Numbered from the stretch's first letter, positions 39,701 to 50,150 are shown. The stretch is 64,000 nucleotides of DNA from Nemertoderma westbladi (GCA_032718475.1 JAUCBJ010000491.1:55950-119949); one strand, 5' to 3'. Translations and numbers: made by a program. The notes: generated by a model not told the origin, from the sequence alone.

Positions 39701-42700
39701 GGTGGGAGGAGGGGAGATCATGAGTGATATGATAGCAGTTGGGATGTGGGCTGGCCATCCTGTAGCCACTAACTGAGCGGAAATGAGAGAAATGCAACAG
39801 CAAGGGACATTGTTGCGTCACTAGAAGCTTTAAGAAATAACGAATACGAATAGGGAATGCTTTCTACCCCCCACTAAAGCACTTTAGTAGCCGTTCACAC
39901 AGGTTGGGCTCCGGGCTGTGAAGCTATGACGTCTTCCTCACAATGGGGTACTATTATACATTGCCGGGCGATTTCTTATCCAACGGCCAGGCGGGCTCCC
40001 AGGTTATAAAGTGTTAATACCGTTTATATTCCATAAGTCTGAATGCTTTTCGGTTCAGGGGCGTGCCGAGGCATTCGTGCGCCCGGGGGCTAGAGTGGAT
40101 TTTTCGCCCCCCCCACACCCCGCAGAAAAAATTTTCAAACTGTTAAATTTTGCCTTGGTTTGAAGCTATAGGAGTTTTCATATACATAGGGGTTTTCAAG
40201 GCCGCTGATCACGATACAACTCGTTAAAATAATTTATGGTAACGCAACTAGCATTTTTGCTGCTTGTCTGATGGGACGAAAAAAACAAGTAGCGTAAAAT
40301 TTCAAAGGGCAAAAAACGAATTTGGTTGTACAATACGATATGGATTATATTTTAGTGTCATATTCGTGATCAGAATCCCAGAAAACCCCTAATGTCATAA
40401 AATCAGGTTGATTTGGATTTTTCATTATGAAATTTTGCTACGTGCATTTTTTATGCCACATATTAATTATTAACACGTATCCAAAAAAGCCGTAATCAAT
40501 AAGGTACAATACATACAATACAATACAATAGATACACAGTGAGGCATAGACTATGACTCACTGAGGGATAGACTATGCCTCACTGAGGCATTGACTATGC
40601 CTTACTGAGGCACTGAGGTCATAGACTATGCCTCAGTGAGGCATAGTCTATGCCTCAGTGCCTCAGTAAGGCATAGTCTATGCCTCAGTGAGGCATAGTC
40701 TATCCCTCAGTGAGTCATAGTCTATGCCTCAGTGCCTCAGTGAGGCGTAGTCTATGCCTCAGTGAGGCATAGTCTATGCCTCAGTGCGGCATAGTCTATG
40801 CCTCAGTGAGGCATAGTCTATGCCTCAGTGCCTCAGTGAGGCATAGTCTATGCCTCAGTGAGGCATAGTCTATGCCTCAGTGAGTCATAGTCTATGCCTC
40901 AGTGCCTCAGTGAGGCATAGTCTATGCCTCAGTGAGGCATAGTCTATGCCTCAGTGCCTCAGTGAGTCATAGTCTATGCCTCAGTGAGTCATAGTCTATG
41001 CCTCAGTGATGCATAGTCTATGCCTCAGTGCCTCAGTAAGGCATAGTCTATGCCTCAGTGAGGCATAGTCTACACCTCAGTGAGTCATAGTCTATGCCTC
41101 AATGCCTCAGTGAGGCATAGTCTATGCCTCAGTGAGGCATAGTCTATGCCGCAGTGCCTCAGTGAGGCATAGTCTATGCCTCAGTGAGGCATAGTCTATG
41201 CCTCAGTGAGGCATAGTCTATGCTTCAGTGAGTCATAGTCTATGTCTCAGTGCCTCAGTGAGGCATAGTCTATGCCTCAGTGAGTTATAGTCTATGCCTC
41301 AGTGAGGCATAGTCTATGCCTCAGTGCCTCAGTGAGTCATAGTCTATGCCTCAGTGAGGCATAGTCTATGCCTCAGTGCCTCAGTGAGGCATAGTCTATG
41401 CCTCAGTGAGTCATAGTCTATGCCTCAGTGCGGCATAGTCTATGCCTCAGTGAGTCATAGTCTATGCCTCAGTGAGGCATAGTCTATGCCTCAGTGCCTC
41501 AGTGAGTCATAGTCTATGCCTCAGTGAGTCATAGTCTATGCCTCAGTGAGGCATAGTCTATGCCTCAGTGCCTCAGTGAGTCATAGTCTATGCCTCAGTG
41601 AGGCATAGTCTATGCCTCAGTGCCTCAGTGAGGCATAGTCTGTGTCAGGTCTTAAATGAGAGTCTTACAAATTCGAACGTCAACGAACAAATTCGACGGT
41701 TACTGTTCCACTTTGGTGTAGTGGTTGCGTTGAATTCACATATCCCGTATGTCATGGGTTCGATCCCTGCATGAACCAGGGCAGTTTTCATTCGGTCAGC
41801 AATAGGCCTAACGTTGCAAAATGCAGTATTATTGCCTAGTAACAAATTCATGGCTACCGTATGGTTTTCACTTTGAGACATTTCGCCCTCTAGCGGCAGA
41901 CTGAGGAACTTCAGACTACTCTATGGCTCTGCAAAAGATATGGCCTATGCCGTAGTAGATGCCGTTTGGGGGGTCAAATTAAGTAATAATATATCTAAAT
42001 AAGCCTCAAACATCTTGCCTCATGGCTCGCCCCTTATAACTCTTAAGCAATATAACTTCATAGTTTTGCGGATTGTAAATATCAAAGCTAGAGAAGATGT
42101 TAATTTTTAAATAATGCGCCCTCTAGCGGTAGACTGGGGAACTTCAGACTAAACTGTGACTCTGCAAAAAATATAGCCCATATTGTAATAGATGCCGATT
42201 GGGGGGTCAAAATTAAGTAACAATATATCTAAATAAGCCTCAAACATCTTGCCTCATGGCTCGCCCCTTAGAACTCTTAAGCAATATAACTTCACGGTTT
42301 TTAAGGAAAACTGGTAAATGAGATGTGTTAATTACGCATACCTCGCAGTCTTAAGTAATTAATTATACAGTAGGTTAGATCGTTTTGAGAATAGGACCAT
42401 TGGAAAGAGCGCCCTCGATAACCTCAGTACAAAGAAAATTAATACGGATTAATACGGATTAACCGGATATAGCTTGTTATTATAAAACATAAATTACAGT
42501 AGAACAATTAGGGTTGTAAATAAAAACAAATTAAATTGAAGATAAACTGTATATATATAAACTTATGTATTAAAATAGGGCCCTATTTAATTATACAGTA
42601 TACTGAAAATGGTTAGCGATACCATAATTAGATTATCGATAGGGATGCGGCTTCCTTAAATGAGGCAATCCTGGCGCAGCACAAAGAATTTTAAGAGGGG

Positions 42701-44263
42701 CCCCGATAAATTGCTCATTCATGCGTAACTGGTAACCTTCGCTAACATTAACTCCAAAATAGTTACCAGTAAGGGAGCTGTATACCCTAGGGCTAAATAA
42801 GGCTGCAAGTCTATGGTTAGATGCTTCCAATAATGATCTCATTTAGTAGCGGTAAAACTAATTAATATAAAATAGAAATCAATGTATAAAGTAAAAGTAA
42901 TACAATTAATTAATTTAAAATAAAGTACAAATGAATACAAATAATTAATTAAAATTAAATATAAATAAATAAGTATTAATGAATAAAAGAGCTGCGGTGT
43001 CACTTATGACACCCTCTTGCTCCTCTTTGCGACAGTTAGACAACACTGATGACCCATTGTGTGTCAGGGCGCTAATCAGTCTGATTAATTAGGATAATCA
43101 ATTAAACCCTAATTAGGAGTCATATGACACCTGTTAGGGTTTAATTGTACTAATTAATTGATGACACCTGTCAATTAGGGTCTAATTAGCCTAATTGGGA
43201 GGTGTGACCCAGACAGTCTGGCGCCAATGACACCCAATGACACCCATAGGGTGATAATTGGGTGTCATATGACACCCAATGGGTGTCAGTGGGGTCTAAG
43301 TGTCACAGAGAGGACCAAGACCCTACTACTGCCGCGCACTTTTAAAATGACCAATAATTTTCCCAAATGGGAACAGGTCTTTTTGAGAAAACTAACAAGC
43401 GCAATGAAATTTTTTTTTTACAAAGTTTAAGTTGACTCGATTTGAAACAGTTTCGAAAATTTCAACATTCTCATTCTTTCAAATTTCAATTTTCTCAGAT
43501 TTAAAGAGGGCTGGGAAATAGAAGGTTACATTATATGAAAATAAACAATTCTTGGGTTTGGTTAATGTGTGTCCAGCGCCAAAGCTGGTGACGATAGCTA
43601 AATAGCCCCCGAAAATCCATGAACTGTGACTGTCTGTTTTACATTTTTTCGCCCCCCATTTTTTTCGCCCGGGGGCAATAGACCCCCCCCCCCCCCGATC
43701 CCCCTCGGCACGCCACTGTTTCGGTTAAATGGGAGATGACAGGAATTTAAAAAGAAATATATACAAACTTACCACGAAAACTCAAAAATCAAAATAGAAA
43801 ATTTAAATTCGGAAAATGTCATTGCATCAATTTTATACACAATTGATTATTATTATTATTTTATTATAATTGTAGCGGGAATGGTTTAATTTTATATTTA
43901 ATACAACAATAAATATTATTATAATGTTAGTCAGGAAATAACTATATTTATTTCAGCATTTGGAGTTACACCACATCCAATTTTACTTGATAATTTAGTA
44001 TATTTTAGCATTTTGATATTAATTTTAGATAGGTTGAGGCCGGGTGTGGGAGTGGCCCAACTACAGAATTGGACTTCTAGAATATTATTTATACCTATAA
44101 ACTAATATTCTAGAAGTCCATGACTTACCCAAGGCTGGGGTGTCCTTTAGTTGATAATGTAATATGTACTCCAAGCGAATACAGAATAAATTGAGACTAG
44201 CACTGTCGTCTGTAATAGGAGACCCGCTTGAGGCATGCTCTTCTTGTAACCTATTAACCACCC
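12582..44263 (-). CDS. FYCO1: FYCO1-like RUN + coiled-coil protein gene (multi-exon, partial: start exon not found, 3' end beyond the left edge)
   Basis: 12 exons with GT-AG boundaries and compatible phases. The N-terminal exons give VVNRLQEEHASSGSPITDDSASLNLFCIRLEYILHYQLK..G / YWSYICDC..GKGRALIRYCL..LGDTLQHCILNTRVT / YY..HDLDVRWPSF, matching my recollection of the FYCO1/RUFY4-type RUN domain (GEPITDDSTSL..KLEYLLQ; YWDYFCAC..GKGRAFIRYSL..LADTLQQC; FDLDAAWPTF). The downstream exons are mostly E/L/Q/K-rich coiled coil. Confidence 0.8.
13146..13222 (-). CDS. FYCO1: FYCO1-like exon ((E)AMKTELINREMQIDDEFENLNTRLK)
   Basis: Acceptor ttttctccctgtttag; donor AAG|GTTAGT; 77 bp, phase 1/0, compatible with neighbours. 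Confidence 0.75.
13324..14123. mobile_element. Non-autonomous hAT-type DNA transposon (MITE)
   Basis: Imperfect TIRs TAGCGGTGTGTGCCGGAT / ATCCGGCACATCCATA, 8-bp TSD CATAGTTG at 13316-13323 and 14124-14131, CCGG-rich subterminal repeats. Confidence 0.8.
14171..14285 (-). CDS. FYCO1: FYCO1-like exon (KVDELRLEIVHRDSLLVKERAEVIGLKSLQEGQLPIQI)
   Basis: Acceptor ttttcag at 14286-14287; donor G|GTATAA; 115 bp, phase 0/1. Confidence 0.72.
14845..16469. mobile_element. Non-autonomous Kolobok-like DNA transposon (TTAA TSD, GG..CC termini)
   Basis: TTAA-G(n)TACACCCCCCCT ... AGGGGGGTGTAC(C)n-TTAA inverted termini. TTAA TSD with purine-first termini fits Kolobok rather than piggyBac. Internal CACGTGCTGCGCGAAG repeats at about 15390-15760. 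Confidence 0.72.
16504..24677 (-). repeat. 34-bp tandem array (plus strand CTCTGCTTCCCTCTTACCTTTTCTGTACTATTGT, about 240 units); unit = amplified exon-end/5' splice site
   Basis: The minus-strand unit AGCAGAGACAATAGTACAGAAAAG|GTAAGAGGGA matches the end of exon 24655-24810 plus its GTAAGA donor. Confidence 0.97.
24655..24810 (-). CDS. FYCO1: FYCO1-like exon (AMRLDEADYNLSKDMEDLGRLLQETQLELETTQAELEKMKGLRDSRDNSTEK)
   Basis: Acceptor tttgttag at 24811-24812; donor AAG|GTAAGA; 156 bp, phase 0/0; heptad-like. Confidence 0.82.
26142..26297 (-). CDS. FYCO1: FYCO1-like exon (NSALREKVVHLEQINYELSVQNEELATELDDLTLQLRRSETRRLSLPLISSK)
   Basis: Acceptor ttttatag; weak donor AAG|GTTCCG; 156 bp, phase 0/0; coiled coil. 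Confidence 0.7.
26523..26657 (-). CDS. FYCO1: FYCO1-like exon (DTGDKDSRPESSMSMGDSGDESS..HTHDC)
   Basis: Acceptor tgtttgcag; donor TGC|GTAAGT; 135 bp, phase 0/0. Confidence 0.78.
26820..26975 (-). repeat. About 3 copies of a 48/49-bp unit spanning an exon end and its GTGAGT donor
   Basis: Minus strand GGAGGTGGGAGTGGGGAGGCCTTGAACGAG|GTGAGTGGGGCGAGCCAT repeated; the middle copy donor is mutated to GTCATT. Confidence 0.85.
26938..27483 (-). CDS. FYCO1: FYCO1-like exon (DLLSQLQHALVKLEKYE..GVEEALNE), low-complexity linker
   Basis: Acceptor tatctag at 27484-27485; donor GAG|GTGAGT; 546 bp, phase 0/0; GC-rich coding-like island. Confidence 0.8.
27829..28579. repeat. 31-bp tandem array (AATCACATCGCAGCTGAAACACGAGACAACC, about 24 copies) starting about 5 nt into the intron
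   Basis: Visible periodicity; abuts donor CAG|GTACGC at 28585. Confidence 0.93.
28586..28798 (-). CDS. FYCO1: FYCO1-like exon (ILVSTMDKRIVERTTELSDSRSRELELQSQIARL..EAAQQ)
   Basis: Acceptor ctttcgcag at 28799-28800; donor CAG|GTACGC; 213 bp, phase 0/0; coiled coil. Confidence 0.82.
28924..31994. repeat. 48-bp tandem array (CAGCACGAGCGAAGAGATGGTTAAATACGTRGCAGCTACTCAATACAT, about 64 copies)
   Basis: Highly homogeneous periodicity. Its left flank is homologous to a dispersed element copy at about 36765-36850. Confidence 0.95.
32200..32388 (-). CDS. FYCO1: FYCO1-like exon (AIAEVPHEVTESIEV..KLKLDNQELEQRVSQLNFQIKELE)
   Basis: Acceptor tttccattag at 32389-32390; donor GAG|GTATAA; 189 bp, phase 0/0. 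Confidence 0.8.
32394..33268 (-). repeat. Compound 19-bp/12-bp array (GAAGGAAATAAATATTASA / GGAAATAAACAA) abutting a splice acceptor
   Basis: On the transcribed strand it is repeated TTCTCTAATATTTATTTCCTTG, running into ..TATTTCCATTAG|exon. Confidence 0.9.
33862..34824 (+). CDS. PIF/Harbinger DDE transposase (HARBI1-like, DDE_Tnp_4 type)
   Basis: Motifs LKVMIALRYLAS, FPRVVGAVDGTHVKI, YVNRKGFHSLNCQAVCD, WPGSTHDS, ILGDSGYPL, YNSAHAQTRVVVEQSFG; the D/D/E triad is present. The true start is uncertain (frame is open further upstream, no ATG). Confidence 0.92.
   Translation: MDSKLNELFRFDKAGIEFVTDLIRFNITMDSRRGLPIAPELKVMIALRYLASDSHQLSIAHAFHIDQCTVSRAVNEVIDNLALLVGKFVYFPTDLQQLKSLQTKFYQMCHFPRVVGAVDGTHVKISPPSEHEASYVNRKGFHSLNCQAVCDSNGRYLNVVSRWPGSTHDSFCLKHSELWEAFNTNGVFRNVGGIILGDSGYPLKSWLMTPIPHPTTDAQKRYNSAHAQTRVVVEQSFGKTKRQWNILYDGIRMPVGKAPAVIGVCFMLINIAIERRLSNSYGDGIVDNVAVGCDTYQGEFIGTRLLINTFLEFSNVTFNY
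35112..35845 (-). pseudogene. Harbinger-associated Myb/SANT-like DNA-binding protein, disrupted
   Basis: MDADGKGVDKVYFTPDLKMRLVELY.. then a frameshift near 35740-35760 to RKKRNDAWAFITETLNAEG..QVKKKWNNI, an in-frame TAA near 35617, then KTGGGP..ILG. This is the typical trihelix/Myb partner, convergent with the transposase. Confidence 0.8.
36984..37221 (-). CDS. FYCO1: FYCO1-like exon, RUN C-terminal part ((R)LYYTLESVLSPP..HDLDVRWPSFLHRS..GNQ)
   Basis: Acceptor ttccttacag at 37222-37223; donor CAG|GTAAAC; 238 bp, phase 2/0. Confidence 0.82.
37250..37539. mobile_element. Fold-back (head-to-head) pair of tRNA-derived SINE-like elements
   Basis: About 140-bp arms that are reverse complements. 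The right arm has A-box-like TAGCTGAATGCTTAG, a CTTCCAA loop and B-box GTTCGATCC. Related single copies at about 49141-49282 and 49560-49690. Confidence 0.72.
37727..37934 (-). CDS. FYCO1: FYCO1-like exon, RUN core ((G)NTRLSYWSYICDCVGNKPGLKACIDSVNARPGAYRSEVGKGRALIRYCLHWDLLGDTLQHCILNTRVT)
   Basis: Acceptor ttgtctag at 37935-37936; donor AG|GTTAGT; 208 bp, phase 1/2; RUN signature GKGRAxIRYxL. Confidence 0.88.
40538..41641. repeat. Palindromic 22-bp minisatellite (GAGGCATAGTCTATGCCTCAGT) with 8-bp GCCTCAGT inserts and an inverted left block
   Basis: Each unit is GAGGCATAG-T-CTATGCCTC. The block at about 40541-40635 is in the opposite orientation. Confidence 0.92.
41883..42295. repeat. About 180-bp direct duplication (41883-42060 and 42116-42295)
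   Basis: Both copies start CGCCCTCTAGCGG.AGACTG and end GCAATATAACTTCA. Confidence 0.8.
43012..43322. mobile_element. Small MITE-like element with about 45-bp imperfect inverted ends and TGACACC repeats
   Basis: TCTTGCTCCTCTTTGCGACAGTTAGAC..ACCCATTG versus CAATGGGTGTCAGTGGGGTCTAAGTGTCACAGAGAGGACCAAGA. Confidence 0.6.
44129..44263 (-). CDS. FYCO1: FYCO1-like exon, RUN N-terminal part (VVNRLQEEHASSGSPITDDSASLNLFCIRLEYILHYQLKDTPAL(G))
   Basis: Acceptor tttcgtgtag at 44264-44265; donor G|GTAAGT; 135 bp, phase 1/1; PITDDS..LEY motif. Confidence 0.86.
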
Positions 44264-44356
44264 CTACACGAAATAAACAAACAGAAACTATTAACTTATT
44301 TATTTTATTTAAAAAAGTCGTAATATTTTTATTACACTGAAAACAAGGTAATCTGG

Positions 44357-44632
44357 GACCATGTGAAGAATACCAGACTTTCTGCCGTTATATTTCACTT
44401 TGCAGTTACCCCCATGTGAAGAATACCAGGTTTTCACCAAAACCACAGGTTACAGAAGGGCTGAATCTAACCAAAACAATAAACGAATTAGTATATGTAC
44501 AGGTTATAAGACAGAAATAAGCGCTGTAAAACACTTAATAAAGATAAATTAAAAAAAATAAAAAATCTTCATATATAAAATTCCAATAAAAAGTCGACCA
44601 AAAAGTGAAATCCTGGTATTCTTCACATGGGC
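44357..44632 (+). mobile_element. MITE family A (ends CCATGTGAAGAATACCAG / CTGGTATTCTTCACATGGGCG)
   Basis: Inverted termini; near-identical to 63017-63506; related copies at about 55087-55710 and 55855-56110. Confidence 0.8.
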
Positions 44633-45669
44633 GGTAATCTGTATCTGTAAACGTGAAACGATCTGGTAGTAACCCGTACAGGGATGGCCACTCTTACTCC
44701 CATGGTAGAGAATTCACAATCATTCACCCTTTAAATCCCTTCCCCAGAAGAAGTCAGGTATCCGGGTAGAACCAGTTGTAGAAATCGTATGTTGTATCAC
44801 GAGGTTCGAACCCGGGACTTCCAGACGAGAGTAGTAATTGAAAACCACTCCAACAAAGTGGTTAACTGACTCGCACATGGTGGAGAACAGACATTTCTTG
44901 GTTGTATGTCTAAATAATATACTTATTTGAATACGAAATTTTTTCATTATATTTTTTTTCATTATATTTCATCAGATCATAAATCGTGCCCTGATTATAT
45001 CCCTAACTAACTACCTGTATAATAATTGTAAAATTGGTGTAACGTTATTTTTTAGAAGCAATTTGAAAATTTTTTTGATCAGCGAATTATTAAGTCGACA
45101 ATCGCATTGCAATTAATAAAAAACATTGTAGTTGATGATAAACCGGAGGGGAAAAAAAACAAAAAGATTACGCGTCAGAATTCTTAAAAGAAGATAGACA
45201 TTGTGTGAACAACCGCTTTCTCACTGTGAGATAAAAAGAATTCGCGCAAATTACTAATTCTGTCAGAATGCACCCCTTTATACTTTTTTATAGAACCCGG
45301 GGTATGGAATAGCGCAGCCCCACTGGTACCACCAGGGAATTGAAATTATGTCAGGCAAAGTAATTACTCCATAGTGGAGACCATTACCATAGAGCAGAGA
45401 GAAACCTTACAGTCGTACAGCTAAACGAATTCCCGCATTCATAGAACACGCACGCGGAGGATGTGTACAGGGGAAGCTAGTTTTACGAGAGAACTAGTGT
45501 AGTTCAGTATTGAATTTCTGGGGGATGTGATGACGGGAAATCAGATAGGGTTTGCTTCGAGGCGTAAACCTAGAAATACATAATTCTTATGAGACTGCTT
45601 CAAGGTTGGAATTCAAGGTTATATTACATGGAAAAGCAGATATGGGGGAATCTTGACTTGACTCAATCA

Positions 45670-45925
45670 AAATACATCCCTCTCCAGGGGAAAATCGACT
45701 CATATAAGTTAAAAATTAAACCATAACTGGAAACTGGACGCAAATCCCACCTTGGCGAATTAATATCCCGCCTCAATGTTAAATTCTAAATTTAGAGAAA
45801 GGAGCAGGTTACAGTGGCACGTTATTTTAACCAAAACAATAAACTAAAAACAATAAACACTGTAATCAGCTGTTATTTACGTCGAATTTCCCCTGGAGAA
45901 GGATGAATTTTTATTGCGCCCAGTC
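45670..45925 (+). repeat. Dispersed repeat family B (GAAAGGAGCAGGTTACAG..TAACCAAAACAATAAAC..CCCTGGAGA.GGATG)
   Basis: Related segments at about 47540-47710, 51890-52250, 53410-53590, 55455-55500, 60210-60415 and 63860-63890. Confidence 0.6.
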
Positions 45926-48900
45926 CCCCCCCCCCCCCCCCCCCCACCCTATCTGTTTCAATTACATTAGCTTTCTTTGTAAATATTTGCATTACAATAT
46001 TTTGATTTCGGTATGAGTCACTAAAAATTAACTTGAAAGTTGCCATATTAAAATTTTTATTGTTACCTTGTAAACCTCTTTAGTATTGACAATGCGTTGT
46101 CGTAGGTAGAGGTTTAGATGAATGACTTTTCAATGAAACTGAACCTCAAACGTAAAATTGTGCTATTTTGTCTTGGCTACATAATTGAGTGAGGCTTGCA
46201 GATTTTTGCTACATCCGCCAGCCGTATGTCTAGTCTACAGTTTGGAAGAACCGGTGCCAGTGGTACCTGGATGCAATATCGAAAGTAAAACATTATTTGT
46301 ATATACCGCACAATGCAAATGTAAGTAAGTATATTAATAATTTTATAAGGTTCAAAATTTTCAATTCATAATTCCTTTTTGTTTTCATTAGTTATTCAGT
46401 TATCAGTATACCGGTGTGTGTGCCCTGTTAAACGCCAAAGATGATGGATATCTATTGAAATAATGTCATACACGGCCTGCATAACAAATCGATTAGAAAA
46501 ATATATTATACTACTTTCTATCATGCTATGATTAATTATCATTAACTTAAAATAAACAAGAAACATTTACTCGCAATTTAATTAAAATTTAACAGTAATA
46601 ACCTCCCTTTCATTTTGCCCAAACCCAACCGTCTTCTTGTGGGGCGCCGCAAACATTTAGAAGCGTAGTTAATTCTCGTAATCTCGTAAAGTAAAATAAA
46701 AAGTAAAGTAACGTGGAAAACAAACACGTTTTTTCCCACAGACCCCACTCAATGTGTATATCATTTGAAGAACAAGCGGTGTTAAATTATACATCATATT
46801 TGTAGGCTGTGTTTACATATCTGTATTTCGAATAATATTATATAATTTCATTATCAGTTGGCGTGACGTGAATACGGGTTGAAATAAAGTGGTGTACTAT
46901 ATATCCCGGCGTGAAATAAAGTAACAGTATTATTTCAGTATATGATTGTACCGTATTCTACGGTCACGATGATGTAGGCCATAACTAACAAACAGAAAGT
47001 CATTCATCATAGATGCAGACAGAACAGGCTACATGGTCGTTACCGGTACCGTACGGCACGGTACTGGTTCCAGTATAATATGTGATTTTTTCGAAACTTG
47101 AAAAAAAACGAGTTAAATAAAGTACATGTATTTCACTTCCAGTCCCTCGGCTTTATATTTCATTCACTCGCTTACGCTCGTTCGTGGAAATACATCCACT
47201 CAAGTCGGAGTGAAATCCAATTATTATTTCATAAAACTTCCTCTTCACCTCCACTCATCCACTTTGCTCGCAATAAACTAAATAACTAGTAAAGGATCCG
47301 TGAGTCCATGGATTTTGGTATGTTGTAGCCCAAGGCGCCTTGGTGTAGCCTAATTAAAACTGAAACGCTAGCAGTAGGCCTGACAGCTCAGTAAAAGAAA
47401 ACTGCTACACTGGAAACTGGTATATCTGCCGGTTGCAGACAGCTGTTGATACGTAGCCCCTACGGAGATAAGGTATACAGTAATTTTAGTCTATCCAATC
47501 TCTGCGAATTAATAATGCTAATTATCAATCAAGAAGGGAAAGGAGCAGGTTACCCTTCTATTTTTGCTATATATTAGGATGTTATTTGAGTCGATTTTCC
47601 CCGAGGGATCCATTTCCATTTTAAATAACGCAGATTGACCGCAAGTGAAATAAAGTTACGTATAATGTTTTGGTTAGAAAACACCCCCACTGTAACCTGC
47701 TCCTTCCCCTTAATGTTTTAAATTAAATTAATTTTTGAACCCTCTAAAACACATTGTTGGTATTTGAGGGCATTTTGTATTTGTACCATTAACTCAAGGA
47801 ATTGGCCAAACGTTATATACAAAACTATTTAATATGTGCCAAAATAAATAGATTCATTATGTGACAGATGTGCCAAAGCCAAAGAATCATAGAAAAAAAT
47901 TTATGCATAGGACTATTGTCACACGTTCTGAACATCATACAACGCCTTATGGGCATGCACCTGAATTAAAGAAACTCTTCAAGGACATAGTGTATACACT
48001 ATACATAGGCCTCTAGTGGTTGGTTACTCAGGAACCAGTACCCCGATAACAATTCTACGAAAGATTTCGAGTCCCACTCACCCCAACCCAAAGTCATATA
48101 GATTACTGTATATAGTGCTTTTCGAATTGGCAGCCATTGCTGTATGATAGGATTACAAAGTATAATTAAAAAAAAACGCAAGCAAACAACCAGCAAATGA
48201 AAGGGAAAGTTCATTTCATTCCCAATCGTTTTCCCAATAGAGAGATACAACACTTGCCTTGACCTTGTACTGATGCGATGTGGCGTGTCCTGTACCTAAT
48301 CGAATTGTTCTGTATTGGTAATATTACCGGGGAGATTAGCCTTGGGACTTTCAGCTATACCCCCGATATATATTAATGAATAGTAAATGACGTCGCCATG
48401 TCCCGACGTTAATCACATTGTGTGCGACACTTACGGTGGATCAAACGCACGTATTCCGCACGCTAATAGCCAAGTTAATAAACGGTAATGCTCATACGTA
48501 AACCATGCCCTGTTCAGTTCTTTCACTGAGACAGGATGTTTGAAGACATGTGGGTGGGTAGTGCCAATTCTAGTTTTTATATCTGGTGTCAACTAGAAAT
48601 TAATGTTCTTCAAAGACATGCAAAAGCCTTTCTTTTGCAATAAACTATTTGGGAGATGGGAGATGTCAATTCTGATTTACGATTTCATTTATTACTGAGC
48701 ACAGAATAGAAGTGACATCCCGGCAATTAATTTTTGAAATTAAAATCCAACCAAAATTGTCTTTATTCAGGCACCTTGCTATTAATCTAGCTCTCATATT
48801 TTATTTGCCACTTACAAAAATTAAATACGATTTTGCTCAGTTAAGTTTGTTATTTATTTAATGGTTTGCATTAACATATGCTTCAGTGTTCAGTCGTTGT

Positions 48901-49140
48901 CAGTAATATTTGGTTATCACTGTCATATAGGTCTATAGCTTCCTATAGCTATCAACAGGAGTACTGCACCGTATCGGATAGTGTGCTAGTTCTCTATCTA
49001 TCTATAATCAGCATTATTATTCTGCATTGCTGCTGAATAGAGAATGCTATGCCGGCTTAACAAAGAAATTGTGTTTCCACAACTCCCCATCCCCCATGAC
49101 TTCCGCGAGATTATTCTCACCTTCAAGGCCATTGTGCTTT

Positions 49141-49741
49141 AATAACTTTTGTTGGCCACAGCTTTACAAAGGTCAGCAAAGATGTCCAGGTGGGATCGAA
49201 CTGGTGACCTCCGGGTTGGATGTCTGAAGCTCTAATCATTCAGCAAGCGGCTCATGTAAAAGATAGACCTTGAAATACTGCTTGATACCGTGTATGTCCG
49301 CAATTTACGTCCTCATGGCCTTCCATCTGTCAACCCCTATCTGATGCCACTGTGCTCAACCCTACCGTACTTGGCCATCTTTACCCACTCGCTACAATGA
49401 AAGGGTAGTGTATATTAACCATGAACATCACGGCCACAATGACTAATCATACACTCTAGCTACTAATTTAGGTAGGACAGTTACACCCATAGAGAAATGC
49501 GACCGGTATATTTTTATAATTTATTATTGGTGTTTTGGTTAATGAGTGGTTTCATATTTTCGGCAATGACGTCCAGGTGGGATCGAACTGGTGACCACCG
49601 GGTTGGAAGTCTAACGCCCTAATATTCAGCTAGCGGGCCATGTAAAAGGTAGACTTTGTAAACTGCAAAAATGTGCCCAACAAGTTATTAAAAATATGAA
49701 ACCACTCATTCAACCAAAACACCAATAATAAATTATAAAAA
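49141..49741 (-). mobile_element. Two further copies of the tRNA-derived SINE-like family (49141-49282 and 49560-49690, the latter within about 50-bp inverted flanks)
   Basis: CCAGGTGGGATCGAACTGGTGACC.CCGGGTTGGA is shared with 37275-37330. Confidence 0.65.
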
Positions 49742-49743
49742 TT

Positions 49744-50150
49744 GTCCTTTAAGAGGCATCTTAAGAAAGTCGTGATGGACTGTCCAACATGCTTACTCTC
49801 ACCATGAGGCTACCAAAGCACAAGGTTGTGCACAGGCTGACACTCAAGGTGAAAGTTATGAATCGCAGCATGGACTCTCATAGGAGTACTGGTTCTACTG
49901 CTGCTCTAAATAATCGGACCTTAACTATCCGACGTATTCTGTGTGACTTCTAAATCCTGGACAGCCCATTCAACCCTCCTTACATATCCAAAGGCACCTG
50001 AACATGAACCGAACCCAGGTAACATAAGTCATCCACATGCTCATAGCTCAAAAAACACCACCCTTACATAGCTTATATGCCCGATCATACGATCAGTCAT
50101 TTGCTGAGAACTTTCGAAGTTAACTGTCAAAATGTTGGTCTTCGTGGATA
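49744..50150 (-). mobile_element. Degenerate fragment of the same RTE family as 1-1975
   Basis: Its reverse complement matches the RTE at about 1260-1530 and 1740-1845 (e.g. GGTCCGATTATTTAGAGCAGCAGTAG, GAGCATGTGGA.GACTT.TGTTACCTGGG). Confidence 0.8.

Larger units (their letters stand above)
40056..43718. mobile_element. Non-autonomous hAT-type element (3.66 kb) carrying nested repeats
   Basis: TIRs CAGGGGCGTGCCGAGG / CCTCGGCACGCCACTG and 8-bp TSD TTTCGGTT at 40048-40055 and 43719-43726. Confidence 0.85.

Noticed and set aside
40535-40541. CACAGTG (RSS heptamer, Transib/RAG-like terminus) at the palindromic array edge
   Set aside because: No matching heptamer at the other end, no nonamer and no TSD.
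46067-46140. Candidate first coding exon of the FYCO1-like gene (donor AAG|GTAACA)
   Set aside because: The phase-1 frame required contains a TAA; cannot be supported without transcript data.
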